A stretch of DNA of 62,945 nt, counting the filler. It is 10 parts of 10 records of this genome, joined end to end, with 100 filler letters (N's around TTAATTAATTAA, not from the genome) between each part and the next. Parts side by side here need not be neighbours in the genome. Positions count along the whole stretch, not along the records: positions 5,317 to 23,338 come from SRR7504441_3643; positions 23,439 to 26,488 come from SRR7504441_3644; positions 26,589 to 31,229 come from SRR7504441_3645; positions 31,330 to 36,657 come from SRR7504441_3650; 6 more parts are not named here. One strand, 5' to 3'. How positions within the stretch are numbered: the stretch's first letter is position 1; each line of letters begins with the position of its first letter. The translations under genes and the position numbers were made by a program. Under the pieces are notes generated by a model. It was not told where the DNA came from, searched no databases, and saw only the letters and a program-made list of their open reading frames with translations. Positions 21,947 through 33,896 of this stretch are shown here, one piece after another.

Positions 21947-22263
21947 ATGGAGCCCCCGTCTCCACCAAACGCCAAGTACCCAGCCCGGCGCGTGTGTAAC
22001 CCCGCCCTCCCCCGCGGAGGCTCAGCCTGGCGGCAGGCCGAGGGCCCAGCCACATGCAGCGCGCGATGGCCGAGTGCACCCGCTCGGCCGGCTGCCGCTG
22101 CCCGGCCTGTCTCAGCGACGTCCAGGCCACCAGGCAGCTGAACCCAGGCTTCGCACAGCGCGCCCGGATGAATCAAAGCTTCTCCGACGACCTCACGGAT
22201 AGGATCGGGCTGCCGCTCGGTTATGCCGCTAAGATCGTACACAAGCTCAACGAAGAATTCTGA
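21947..22263 (+). CDS. Small Cys-containing protein with SAM-like C-terminus
   Basis: Putative intron 21996-22036; CTRSAGCRCPAC; DLTDRIGLPLGYAAKI. Confidence 0.35.
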
Positions 22264-22331
22264 GCTCGATGTCCATACAGTAATATCAAAGTAATTCAAT
22301 TATACAATAAAATAGACACATTGATCAATCA

Positions 22332-23338
22332 CTATAAAACAGCAGGGAGTTCCAATTGTTGTTCGTTGCCCCGTCGGCAACTGATCCGGCCCTCATTGTC
22401 CCGAGCCTGCTCGTGATTCTGCCACTGGCTGGTCACAATCAGCCCCCATCGCTCGGCCTTTTCGATCTGCGCCTCGGAGAACGAATCAAACCCGCCCTCG
22501 TTGACTATAGTGCTAACCATCCCCACCACTTCCCGGCACTCACGGCAGCTCACGTTGCACTGAGGGTCGCGGCAACAGGCCACATCCGGGGGCAGCCGCT
22601 GGTGCTGCCCGACATACACTATATTCCGGCCGAAGATGTGCTCCTCCTCTGGACTGACGTATATCCCGAGCTTGCGGCCGCTCGCTAGCTGGTCTTTTGT
22701 GAGCCTTGGCTTAGCTCGCTTGAACAAGTCTTCAAACACGCGGAGCTGCTCACTATCAAGCACTTCCTTTCCAAAGTACTTGACCGTCTTGAACACGCGC
22801 ATCTCGGTGGCCGAAGGGGCCGCGCCGTGATCGAGCAGCAGCTCCATGAGCAGCATCCGCTCCTTGATCTGATCCACCTACTCCCAGTGCTCACACACCC
22901 GAAGCGAGCCGGCTGCCACAACCTGGCTGTTGTCCATTGCGTTCTTCATCTCTTTATTCTTCCACAAGCTGCCGAACACCTGTCGCCGCCTCCGCCACCC
23001 GCCTGCCCGTCACAGCCACCTTGGTGGCCTTCTTCCGGTGCTTTTCTTGCTGGAACCCGAGCTCGGGATTCTGTTTTACTTCCTGCAGCAGCGCTCGGAT
23101 CTCAAGGTTACCGGGCTCGGTCTCTGCCCGACCCATCCACCCCCTCCCCCTCCGCACACACACCGTTTGCACGGCGGAGGCACTCGAGCGCCTCGATGTA
23201 GTCGCCTTTGATCATGTACGCTTGGCCCATCCGGTACAGCGCCTTCGAGTTGTCCGCCGGCTTGCACACCAGCGCCGCCCGGCAGTGCTCCAGCGCCTTG
23301 TTCACAGCCTGCAGCGCCTCCGGCGGCAGCTCGCCCTC
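22332..23338 (-). CDS. TPR-containing protein (5' truncated, multi-exon)
   Basis: KALEHCRAAL...NSKALYRMGQAY...ALECLRRA TPRs; downstream exons ELLLDHGAAPS... Confidence 0.55.
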
Positions 23339-23438
23339 NNNNNNNNNNNNNNNNNNNNNNNNNNNNNNNNNNNNNNNNNNNNTTAATTAATTAANNNNNN
23401 NNNNNNNNNNNNNNNNNNNNNNNNNNNNNNNNNNNNNN

Positions 23439-26400
23439 GGGGGGGCAGGCGGCCTGGCCCCGGGGGTGGTGGCGGTGCGTCTCGGCCCGGGCGTCGGCTG
23501 ACTGGGCGGGCAGACCACCGTGGGGCTCCAGGCGGCGCAGATGAACGGTCTGCAGGTCCGGCTGACTGAGTGGCTGACGGAGGGTACCGGGCGCGGGCGC
23601 TGGGCCGTCTGTGTGCTCAGCCCCGGGCCACAACAAAACTCGAAGCATGCAGTCCGACCGGCCAATCTGGTCCCAGTCAGTGAAGAGCCGCCGGCGCCCG
23701 ACGAGCCGCCGGTACTGGAAGAGCCGCCGGTACCCGACGAACCACCGGCGCCCGAGCCGTCTCCCGCGCAGACCATGCAGCCACCACCGGCTGTACGACC
23801 GCCACCGCAGGAGCAGCTGCCCCCTGAGAAGCAAGCATTCCCGGCCGAGGCGGCAGCTGCAGCAGCGCCCGAGAATCAGCCGCCACCGGCTGAGGCGGGG
23901 CTGGGCGGTCCACTGGGCTCGGTGCCTCTGGCTGAGGGCCTCACACTGCTTTCCGGGCAGTTCCGGCAGCACGCCGAGGTCGGAATGGTCGAGCTGACCC
24001 TCGAACTGCGCGATAAGGAGAGCCGGCTGCCGTTTCAGCTGCCCTGCCGCGCCGACCAGTGCCGGCATATCGAGTGCTTTGAGCTGGTCTCCCTGCCCAG
24101 CCTGCCCCGCGAGCCCAGTACAGGTGAGGTTCTTCAGACACAACAACGGAAAATCCTCCGAGTGTCCGATCTGCCGCCAGCCAGCCGCAACAGTCCGTCT
24201 GTGCGAGCTCACTCTGCGCCTGGTGCCCGGCTGGCCTGACACAGGGCCGATGGTCGGCAGGCCGGCGCCCAGACGGCTCCAGGGGCCGCCGTGGTCCTCT
24301 CCCAGGCGCCGGACGGTACACTCCTCTGGCGCTGCCCGGTGCTGCCTGCTCAGCTGGCTCGGCCTGATCTGGAGGTGCAGTCGGCTCCCGGGGCGGTGAT
24401 CGTAGACCTCACCCAGAGCCAAAGCCGGGAGGAGCTCATCTCCCAAGCCAGCCGGGACCATCCGCTGGCCGAGCTGCCGCCGGTCCCGCTGCCGCAGGTA
24501 GAGCTGCTGCCGCCGGGCAGCGGCTCGCCTGCTGAGCTGCTTAGGATGGTCAACAACTGGTCCGGGCCGCGGCTGTTCAGAGTGTGCACCGCGCGAGGCA
24601 CCGACGGCACGTTCAAGTGGCTGATCAAAAAGGCGCGCTCGGCCGGCGGCCGCAAGCTAGCCGGGGGCAGGCAATCCAAGCGGTGGTGCGGAAACGGCCT
24701 TTTCAAGTCGAGAGCAATAGCGAATCCGCAGTTCAGGCGGCGCTGACAGCGTGCAAGGGAGTGGGCAAATCTCTGGCCGAGCGGATCGTGCGCGCGCTCA
24801 CAGACAGTGTGAACGAGTACCGGGCCGAGCTCACGTTCAGCACGCTGCAGAATGGCCCAAGCGAGCCAGAAAGCAGCCTGAGCTCTGGGGACAGCTCGCC
24901 GCCAAGCAGCTGGCTGACAGACCAGAGCGCCAACAACAAGGTCGAGAGCAGCAGCCACGAGCACCGACAGCCTCCAGCACCGCCGGAGAAGGCTGACCCG
25001 ATCCACCAGCCTGGCAGCCTCTCGTCGGGTCTTCACGAACCGTGGCAGCCACCGCCGCCATGGCAGCCTCCCGCCGTGCAGCCAGTGGAGGAAGTGGACA
25101 CAAGTAGGCTGGGACGCAAGCTGACTGGAGTCGTGCTCGTGGTCAAGGGGGTTCGCTTCAGAGTGTTCACGAGCAAGCAGGAGGTGGAGGACTTTGCACG
25201 CGAGGCCGGGGCCAAGGTGTTGAAGAAGATGTCCAAGAGCGTTACCCACATGCTGGTGCCCGACGGGGGTCAAACCCAGAGGTTTGGTATCAAACCCGGT
25301 GTGACTGTGGTGGATGAGTCCTGGCTCCAATCTTGCAATCCGGCCGGCGGGGCAGTCGGCCTGGACCCGGAGGTAGTGGCGGCCGAATTGCAGCGCGACA
25401 GCTGTGACCCAGTCGCTGGCCAGCGGATTGACCGCGCTGCCCAGCCAGACCCTGTGCAGACAACCGCGCCGGCCGAGCAGCAAGCTGTGGCTGTGGATGA
25501 GCCGGACCAAGGCGAGGACTCTGATGACGTGCCGTTGACAGACCTGCGCGTGAGGCCACGGCTGCGTGCGCCTTGTGGCAAATGGTTTGAGAGCCAAAGA
25601 CTGCTCGATCAGCACTTGGACACACGCGGACTGAGGGCCCCGGTCTGTCTAGACTGCCACCCGGAACTCAGGGGGCCGGAGCTGGTGCTCGGTCGACATG
25701 TGCTCGAGTATCGGACAACTGTCGACAACGAGCGGCCTAGTCAGATCGCTTCGGACATGGGTGTGGCGCCGGCGCGGCTGCTGGAGCTCAATCAGAAGGA
25801 TTACCCAGGGATGCGGCTGGGCAGTAAGCTCCAGCCAGGGACGTCGCTGCTGGTGCCGGCTGTGGACGATAAGAAGTTTGTCGGGCGGAAAGTGGAGCGA
25901 TACACCGCATCTGAGGTGAGTGTCCGTGCAGGCAACTGCTGAGCTGGGTCAGGTGGGCTCCGAGCTGCTGATCGGCACCGTCATCCGGCGGGAGGGCAAC
26001 CAGGCAGCGTATGTCGTGCAGTACGCCGACGGTGGCAGCCTCGCCATGCCAAGCCAAATGGCGGGTGCAGGTGATCAGGAGGTGCTCACTGTGCCACAGC
26101 TCAACAGCTCCTGGCACCAGCGCGCAGCCGAGCCAGCAGAGCTCGATGATGTGCCACTATCGGCCCTGTTGCAGCGCCCGGGCGGCAAGGACGGAGCTGA
26201 GCAGCCGCGCAGCAGTGTGGTTGCTCAGAATATGAGTAGTCTGGAGGCGGCTACAGAGCGCAGAGGACAAAAGCGAACGGTGGCACAGGGTGAAGCAAAT
26301 AGGAGGCCTGCGGCTGCCGCCTTTGCAGAATTCCTGGCGGACAGCAGGCACAAGGCGGAGGAGAAACAGACTGGTGTCCAGGAGGCGGAAGTGCGACATC

Positions 26401-26488
26401 ATGTGGCTGACATCGCTCAGGATGCGAGAATTAGAAGCCGCGTGGTGCACGAGGACACGCGGAGGCCGTCATTGGAGGAGAGGCGAAG
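23439..26488 (+). CDS. SP-RING/MIZ (PIAS/SIZ-like) protein with SIM, HhH-like, BRCT and LysM-like modules (both ends truncated)
   Basis: LPCRADQCRHIECF...CPIC across intron 24087-24123; VIVDLT SIM; KGVGKSLAERI; BRCT LTGVVLVV...GAKV...VTHML...VVDESWL; LysM-like YRTTVDNERPSQIA...LLELN...LLVP. Confidence 0.65.
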
Positions 26489-26588
26489 NNNNNNNNNNNN
26501 NNNNNNNNNNNNNNNNNNNNNNNNNNNNNNNNTTAATTAATTAANNNNNNNNNNNNNNNNNNNNNNNNNNNNNNNNNNNNNNNNNNNN

Positions 26589-29500
26589 TAGACATATCGC
26601 TGTCTGAGATCAGCGGCTGGCCGTTTGGATCAGGCTCGGGGTTGCGCTCGGTGCGGGGCAGAGTGGGTGGGGTGCTGTTGGACATTGAGTTGTCCGCCTG
26701 GGGGATGCTGTACAGGTCCATTGCTGGCTCTGCTGGCTGGTACCCAAGCATGGGGTTTTGTAGCTGCACCACCCAGGCGGAGGTACCAGATATCCGCCGA
26801 AGCTCCAGCAAAGCAAATCCATTCGGACCGGCCTTGATCGACGCAATTGTGTTGCCAATAATTGTAGCCGAGTGCGCCCCTCCCGCAAAGCAGTCAGGAT
26901 AAGGCTTGCTCGGGGGCGCCAGCAGCCTGGAGACTGTGAGTGTACTGCGCAGCAGCACGTCCACGGTGCAATCGACCAGTTGCTTGTGCTTCTGGTCCTC
27001 GCGCAGCTGCTTTGTGATCACTGGCAGCAGCTGCACCCGTACCTGCAGCTGGCACTGCATCAGCCCGAGTGCCAGCACCTGGTGCCCAAAGTGCAGCTCG
27101 GGTGCGCCAGCCTTACTAAGCGTGGTGACCAGTGCCGTGAGCAGCATCACCACCTCACGGCTGCCCGCCTCAGTTACAGCGTGCAGCGCAGTGTGGAACA
27201 GTCCGAGTGCCGCAAAGCAGAGCTGAGGCACCTGTGCCAGCCCGTGCACTGCGGCGGTCAGCTGTGGCAGCCGGCTCGCCATCAGCTTTGGTTGCTCTAG
27301 CATCAACTGGCTGAGCGCGTCCAGGCACACGCGAGCTTGCTGCCGCTCAAACTTGGTGCTACACCCGGCTAGCCGGTTGACCGCCACGAGCAGCCTGCTG
27401 AGCAGCAGCTGCACAAGCGGCTCTGGCAGCTCATTCGAGTACCCCACGAGCTGGCACATGATCCGCACCGCCAGCCCCTGCAACCAGCCCTCCAGCTGGG
27501 CGTGCTGCTCGAGTGCCGAGCCGAGCACACTCGGGCTGCCGCAGACCACCTCGATCAGCCATGGCAGGTGGCTCGGCCGGATCAGCTGCTTGTGCTCGAG
27601 TACCTTGCATATGCCACGTGCCACCTGCTCAAGCAACTGCTGGTCGGTCTCAGTCACAAGCATCCTGATCAGCGCCTCCACGAAACTGGCCACCCCGAGC
27701 GCGCAGTGCCGCTGCCCGTCGCCCCTGGCCAGCACGGGCACTCGCTGCAGTCCGAGCTGGGCCGGGAGCTGGTGCTTGCCTGAGTGGTACCCGAGCAGGA
27801 ATTGGAGAACCGGCTGGCGGACCATCAAGTCCTCCGCCTCGAGCAGCCCAGTCAGCAACACGAACAACTGCTGTTGGTGTGCGCTAAACGCGGGGCTGTA
27901 CCGCAGTTCGGCTGGCTGCAGCGCGAATAGGCCTTGGAGGGCTACTTGCTTGCCTGCGCTCGAGGCTGACCGTGAGAGCACAAAGCTGGCCAGTCGCGAG
28001 AGAAGCTGGTCCCAGTGCGGGCTGTTTGCCGCCTTGTGCGCCGCATGCACCACCAGCTTGAGCCCTTCGACTGCGATCTCGGGCACCGTTTCCTCGTGCA
28101 GCCGCTGCAGGCCGGAGAGTACTGGAGCAAGCAGCTCAACACGCTGCGGTGGCGGGAGCCGATCTAGGAGCCGCCTCACCCCTTGGAGCATCCTAAGCCT
28201 GACCGACGGCCGGTGCTCCTGCAGATAGTGCAGCTGGATCAACTCGCCGACTGCAGCCAGCCAGTCTGGCCTAAACATAGACAACTGGCCCAACTTGAGT
28301 GAAACAAGCTGCTGCTCCAGTTTCTCGTCCGCAAACGGCGAGAACCGGCCGGCCCACTCGAGGGCTGGCTCTGGGTTGCCCTTGAACTTGCCGGCTTGGA
28401 TCAACTCCACCAACAGCTGGGCAATCTCACTCGAAGCGATTGCAGCCGGAGTGGGCTCCTCAGCACCTGGTGGCTCCAGCCGGCCAAGCAGCTTGAGCAG
28501 CTGAGGCCACTCGCCCCGGAGCTCGGGCCCGTACCGCCGGATCAGCCGGCGGACAGCGAGCGCTACCTCGTGCAGAATCTGCGGGTGTCCCGCCTCGAGG
28601 ACCCGTCCGAAGCAGGGCAAGATCGTGCTGTGACTAACAATCCGCGTGACCAGCTGGACCCGGTCCGAGCCCCAGCAGGCGTTGGCCACGGCGAAGATCG
28701 ACCCGCGCAGAGTGGCCACTGGCCGGCCGTCTGGCTGATCCAGCATTGCGAGGAGGAGCCCGAGCGCGCGCTGCCCATACCCGGAGCTCAGAACATGCTT
28801 CAAGATCTGCCAAGAGAGCTTGGTGTCAAAGTGCCGGCTGTGCGGCACGCTCGGGATCAGGCAAAGCGTGCTCACGTACCGCTCGAGCGCCGATGGCGGA
28901 ACTTTGCCAAACCTTAGCATCGCGTCAAACAGAGTGAGGCAGCTGTCGCCCAGCCGCAGCTTCCTGCCGAGCTCGGAGGACATCCCAGCTACTACCCCGG
29001 CCGCCTCGGCCGCCCCGAACAGCGCGGCCCCGTCCTGGCAGAGCCGGCAGACCGCTGTGATCATCTGGTGGATCTGAGGCTCAGGGATTGAGCTGAACCT
29101 AACCACGCCCTCCAGCCCCACCACCGCCCCGAGCCCCGCACGGGCGGCCTCCTCGCTGGCCGGCCACCCTGACGGCCCGGGCTCGACCAGGCTGATGAAG
29201 AACTGGACAACCTGCTCCCCACTCTGGCAAAGGTTGCGCCCGCCTTGCGTCAGAACCGAGAGCGCTTGCACCCGCTGGGCGGCGCAGTCGGCCGGCTGGC
29301 AGACCAGCAGCCGGATCAGTTCGAGACGGATCCCGCCGAGCGCCTCGTGCTGCCCGGCGGCCACCGAGGTGGCGAACTGGATCCCGAGCTGCAGCTGCTC
29401 CCGCGGGCTACCCGGCTGCAGGAGGTCCGCGACCAGCTCCCATATCCGCGGGAGCTCCTGCTCGAACCGGTAGGCCCGGAGCACCGCGCACCAGGCGGCC

Positions 29501-29685
29501 ACGTTGGCCAGCCGGCTGAGCAACGGCTTGGTGTTCGGGTGGAGCGCCCTGAGAGCGTCGTCGACGAGCACAGGGTCCGGCTCGCCGCCTTGGCTCAGCC
29601 GTTTGGCCAGCTGGCGCACCGGCTTGGCCGGCTCGGTGTCGCGCAGAAAAAGGAGCTGCTCATCCGGCGGCTCCACCCGCTTCAT
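26589..29685 (-). CDS. TSC2: Tuberin (TSC2), N-terminal and tuberin domains; GAP domain lost at contig end
   Basis: LRGSIFAVANACWG (cf. LRGAVFFVGMALWG) and IGNTIASI...GFALLELRRISGTSAWVVQLQN (cf. [22 protein letters not shown]); HEAT-like helices. Confidence 0.8.
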
Positions 29686-30154
29686 GGCCACGCCCGCTTC
29701 ATAGCCACGCCTGCCCTCGACGGTGTGTCGCGTCCCTCGAGGCACGAGCGAGGCCAAGAAAACAACGGCAAGCAACATCCAACATCCATTGAACCAGTTC
29801 ATGATCAGTACCGTACGATACAGCATGGAGTCAGGCCTGAAGATTAATATTGGTAGACAGCAGTCATAGTACACGATAGTAAAGAGGGCCTAAACCACCT
29901 GGAACCAGCACAGCTTCGCCGTTGAGTGTTGAGGATGGCAAGTTCATGATTTTCAAGCTCAAGTTTTATACGATTATTATGGCGCGTCGGTTTATAACTC
30001 GGAAAGAGCAGGACAGCGCGTCGGAAAGTGGCTCTTCAAGTCTAACTGCAACTTGTGGTACATGTGCCACATCTTCTGGTAGCCTTCTGCTAGCTTAGCG
30101 TCCACAAGCGGTTCCAATGCGTGCACCTAGACGCCAGGCCGTCAGCACACCAGT

Positions 30155-31069
30155 CTACCTAGCCGCCACCTGATAGACAGCCGGCAGACTGTGCGTGTCT
30201 ACACCTACCGACCGGAGCAGTTCACTAGCCGACTGGAGCCCAACTTGCATCGAGCGGTGCAGCGCGGGGATCTCCGCCTCCCAGCGGTCGACCAGTCGCT
30301 TGAGGTACTCGGTCTTGGCTTGCCAGCCTCCTGCCTCCGCTTGAGCTGCACTCAGCTGATCGGACAGCTGCTCGCTCCGCCGTTCCGCTGCTGCACGCGC
30401 CTGGCCCTGCTCCGAGATCTCGAGCTCGAGCCCGGCCACTGCTTTGCAGTGCTCGCGCTGGCCCGCCGCCAACGCCTGGTGGGAAGCATTCAACTGCCCA
30501 ACGAATCAGAGGAGCCAACAAAGGCAAGAGACCTGCTTGCGGCAGTCTGCCAGCTCCGCCTGCAGTGCCACGGAAGTGTCCTCGGCCTCGCGCCGCTGCC
30601 TGTCCATCTCTAGCCTCATCTTGGTCTGCTCGCGGCTGTGCGCGTGGCTGGCCCTGTCAAGAGCCCGACGGCCCTCCTCCAGCATTTGTTTAGTCTCAGC
30701 ATTCGCCTGCTGCATCTGCTCAGCCCAGCGCCCCTGGACCACATCGTCAGCCCGGAGCCACCCAGCACGCACCTGCTCCGTCTGGGCGTCGTGCTGCGCA
30801 TACTCCAACTGACGGCCCACCGAGCCGACCTCCCGCCGGCTAGCCTCGACCGCCGCTCGGTGCGATTGCTCCTGCCGCTCCATCGCCAGCCGCAGCTCGG
30901 CCAGCTCGCGCTGCCTAGCCTGCTCGGCCTCCTGTCCCCCGCGTGAGCCAGCCCCCGCTGCGCGCACCTGGAGCCGGTCGGACTGCTCCTCGAGCAGCCG
31001 GTTCAGCCGGTCGATCTCTACTTGGCCCGCCGCCAACTGCTCGTCCCGCCGGCTGATCTCCTCGGCCAT
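30155..31069 (-). CDS. Coiled-coil hypothetical protein, multi-exon
   Basis: E/Q/R-rich heptad ORFs 30506-31069 and 30155-30493 linked by short introns. Confidence 0.5.
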
Positions 31070-31329
31070 TCGCTGCTCCAGGGTGCGGTAGGCAGCAACC
31101 CGCCGATCCTCGGCCTGCCTGGCCCGGGCTGGCGGCCAGCCGGCGGGGAGGGCACTTCATCTCTTGCCGGGTTGCGGCGTGCGATTGCGCTTCGCACTGG
31201 AGCAGCTCGCGGGTCCGGGCGAGTTCGCGNNNNNNNNNNNNNNNNNNNNNNNNNNNNNNNNNNNNNNNNNNNNTTAATTAATTAANNNNNNNNNNNNNNN
31301 NNNNNNNNNNNNNNNNNNNNNNNNNNNNN

Positions 31330-31375
31330 TCCTCCTCCTCCTCCTCCTCCTCCTCCTTCTCCTTCTCCTCCTCCC
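31330..31375. repeat. (TCC)n microsatellite at contig start
   Basis: tcctcctcc... run, a likely cause of the assembly break. Confidence 0.85.
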
Positions 31376-31379
31376 CCTA

Positions 31380-31943
31380 GCGCAGGCCCTTGGCAAGGTT
31401 GATGGACTTGGCCAGGTGCGGCCGATCTGCCTGCGCGAGTTCGACCTGCCGATATACTCCCAGGAGGAGGAGCAGGCCGGGTTTCCAGCCAATGCCGCGG
31501 CTCTCAAGCAGGAGATCGGAGCGTGCGACGGGCTGTGCGTGGCGACCCCCGAGTACAACGGCTTCATCAGCCCGCTGCTGCTCAACGCTTACACCTGGTG
31601 CTCTCGTGGGGACGTAGACGCGCCTCCGGGCAAGTACTGCACGTTCAACTTGAAGCTGGTCGGGATCGTGGGCGCCTCGCCTGGGATGATGGGCGGGCTC
31701 CGGGCGCTCAGGCCGCACCGTGAGATCCTGACCAACCTGGGATGCCTGGTGATACCAGAGATGACTGCGATCGGAGGTGCCTTTAGCGCTTTCGACGACG
31801 ACGGACAGCTCACCGACGAGCGACACGCCGCGATGCTTAAGGCCACGTGCGATGGTCTGATCTGCGCGACCACGATTGCGACAAATAGAGACACGATGAT
31901 GGAGACGCTTCCTGTGGTCGGGGCCTATGGGCAGACGCCGTGA
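31380..31943 (+). CDS. NADPH-dependent FMN reductase (5' truncated)
   Basis: LREFDLPIY, CDGLCVATPEYNGFISPLLLNAYTWCSR, GASPGMMGGLRA. Confidence 0.85.
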   Translation, partial: AQALGKVDGLGQVRPICLREFDLPIYSQEEEQAGFPANAAALKQEIGACDGLCVATPEYNGFISPLLLNAYTWCSRGDVDAPPGKYCTFNLKLVGIVGASPGMMGGLRALRPHREILTNLGCLVIPEMTAIGGAFSAFDDDGQLTDERHAAMLKATCDGLICATTIATNRDTMMETLPVVGAYGQTP

Positions 31944-32104
31944 GGATTGGGTTCTCATTACTACTCATATTGCATAGTGCAATGTAGTGTAGTGCAATGC
32001 GCACATGGTTCAATAAACGGACGTACTCGTACTCGTATGCGATGAATACAATCTCGCACTCGTACAGACAATGTGAGTAATTGTGAGCCCTAGCCTGCTA
32101 CCTA

Positions 32105-33727
32105 TCAAGCCCGTAAATCCGAAACGGCCCGATCTAGTTGTCTGGCCCGCTCTTGGCTCTCTAGTCGCCTTACAGTGGTCTTATACTCGAGCTCGTTGCT
32201 CTCTAGACGGCTGGCCTGCTCCGGGCTCTCGGCGGCACAGGCCAATTTCCGGTACAACACGAATGAGAATTCTTCGGCCAGCCCGTTCTGCAGATTAGGC
32301 GGGCTTTCCATACTCAGATGCGGCCACCACCGCCACTCCTCTGTCCACTCGCCCGGCTTGATCCCCATGCGAGCTAGCGGCACCGACCCGGGCGTCCCAA
32401 GCATAGTGCTGTTCCGAATCGCGCTCATTGTGCCGGCGAGGTCACTCCCGAGCGCGCGAACACTCCCGGCCTGCATCAGCCCCTGGGGCACCACGTAGGT
32501 CTTGTAGAAGACTCCGTCTGCCGACTGGGCCGACAGGTGTGCCAGGCCTGGGAGCACCCCAGCTTGATGCATGAACCCAAATAGAACTGTGCAGATACAG
32601 TTCAGCAGCCCTAACAACCACAGCGCCCCCCGGCCCCGGGGCAGCGCCGACCCGGCCAGCACGACCATCGGTGCGAGCATCGGCAGCAGGAACCGAGGCT
32701 CCTGGTGCGGGGCGGTGGAGAGGAAGCCGAGCCCTCCGATCATCGACCCAGCCAGCACCAGCCCGGCCTGGCTCCTGCGGGCAGCCAGTGCGGCCGAGAG
32801 AGGGAGCCAGCCGTATAGCAGCCACAGATTGACCAGCGCGTGGGTGCAGCGCGGGTGCAGCCCGTGGGTGCTGAGCGCAGCGCTGTCGAGGTTATAGACA
32901 AGGTTGTTGACCGGAGTGAGCACAAAGCAGCTCCCGGCACACCGATAGGATACGAGTGCGGCCCAGGGGGCCAGGAACAGTTCCAACGGACTGTCCAGCG
33001 GCCGGCCGTCCAGCTCGAGCTGCAGGTTGCCGAAGTAGATTGAGTCCCACAGGCAGAGCAGCCCAGCGACTGGGAGGAACCCAGTGAGCACCGTGTGCAC
33101 GCCTGCCGAGCAGAGCCGAGCCGGCCACCAGCCGGAGCCCTGCAGCCCGAGCCAGAGGCACACCGGCCCGAAGAACCCGGGGAAGCTGATCCGAGTCCAG
33201 AACCCGGCCGCCATGATCGCCCCGCACCAGCTCCGGCGGGCAGCGAGCGACCAACCACCGGAGAGCGCCACCAGCAGCCCGGCGGCGAGCAGGACGGCCT
33301 CGTTGGCGTTGGAGAGCGGTCGGACCATGAGCACCAGCATCGGCCAGCTGCACCCGAGCAGCAGCAGCGCCGGGAGCGGCGACTGGCCGGTGCTGCGGGC
33401 CAGCCGGTGCACCAACAGGTCCAGGACGAACGACTTGGCCAGCCCGAACAGCCGGGCGGCCACCATCAGCGCCCAGGGCGTCGGGGACGTCCCGCTCGAG
33501 CTGAGTAGCCAGAACGGGATGCTGGTGGTGCACAGCAGGTTGAGAGCGCTCCGGGCCGGCGGCGGCTGGTACTCCCAGGGGACCTGGGCCGGCCGTCCGA
33601 ACAGGTCGCGGGCCGAAACCTCGGCGGACTGGAGCCACTCGTCCGGGTGCACAAACCCCCAGCCGGCCAGCGCGCACACCACCCGTACCGCGCACAGCCC
33701 AGCGTAGCAGCCCCAGCCCCAGCGCAT
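32105..33727 (-). CDS. PIGZ: GPI mannosyltransferase 4 (PIGZ/SMP3, GT22)
   Basis: FVHPDEWLQSAEV, PWEY...ARS, NNLVYN...LSTHGLHPR, HQEPRFLLP, HQAGV, WPHLSME. Confidence 0.88.
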   Translation of the reverse strand: MRWGWGCYAGLCAVRVVCALAGWGFVHPDEWLQSAEVSARDLFGRPAQVPWEYQPPPARSALNLLCTTSIPFWLLSSSGTSPTPWALMVAARLFGLAKSFVLDLLVHRLARSTGQSPLPALLLLGCSWPMLVLMVRPLSNANEAVLLAAGLLVALSGGWSLAARRSWCGAIMAAGFWTRISFPGFFGPVCLWLGLQGSGWWPARLCSAGVHTVLTGFLPVAGLLCLWDSIYFGNLQLELDGRPLDSPLELFLAPWAALVSYRCAGSCFVLTPVNNLVYNLDSAALSTHGLHPRCTHALVNLWLLYGWLPLSAALAARRSQAGLVLAGSMIGGLGFLSTAPHQEPRFLLPMLAPMVVLAGSALPRGRGALWLLGLLNCICTVLFGFMHQAGVLPGLAHLSAQSADGVFYKTYVVPQGLMQAGSVRALGSDLAGTMSAIRNSTMLGTPGSVPLARMGIKPGEWTEEWRWWPHLSMESPPNLQNGLAEEFSFVLYRKLACAAESPEQASRLESNELEYKTTVRRLESQERARQLDRAVSDLRA

Positions 33728-33896
33728 GACGGGGTTATGAATAACGGGTACAGGACAGCACGTGGCGGGCCTCGGTTGGGCGGGTTGACTGGGCTAGCCA
33801 AGCCTCGTAACGAGCTTTGTCCAGCGTAGAGTCTAAGAGCTTTGCTGCAGTCAAAGGCAACTGCAGCGTGCAAAGTGCTCGGAGCAGCGAGCTGAG

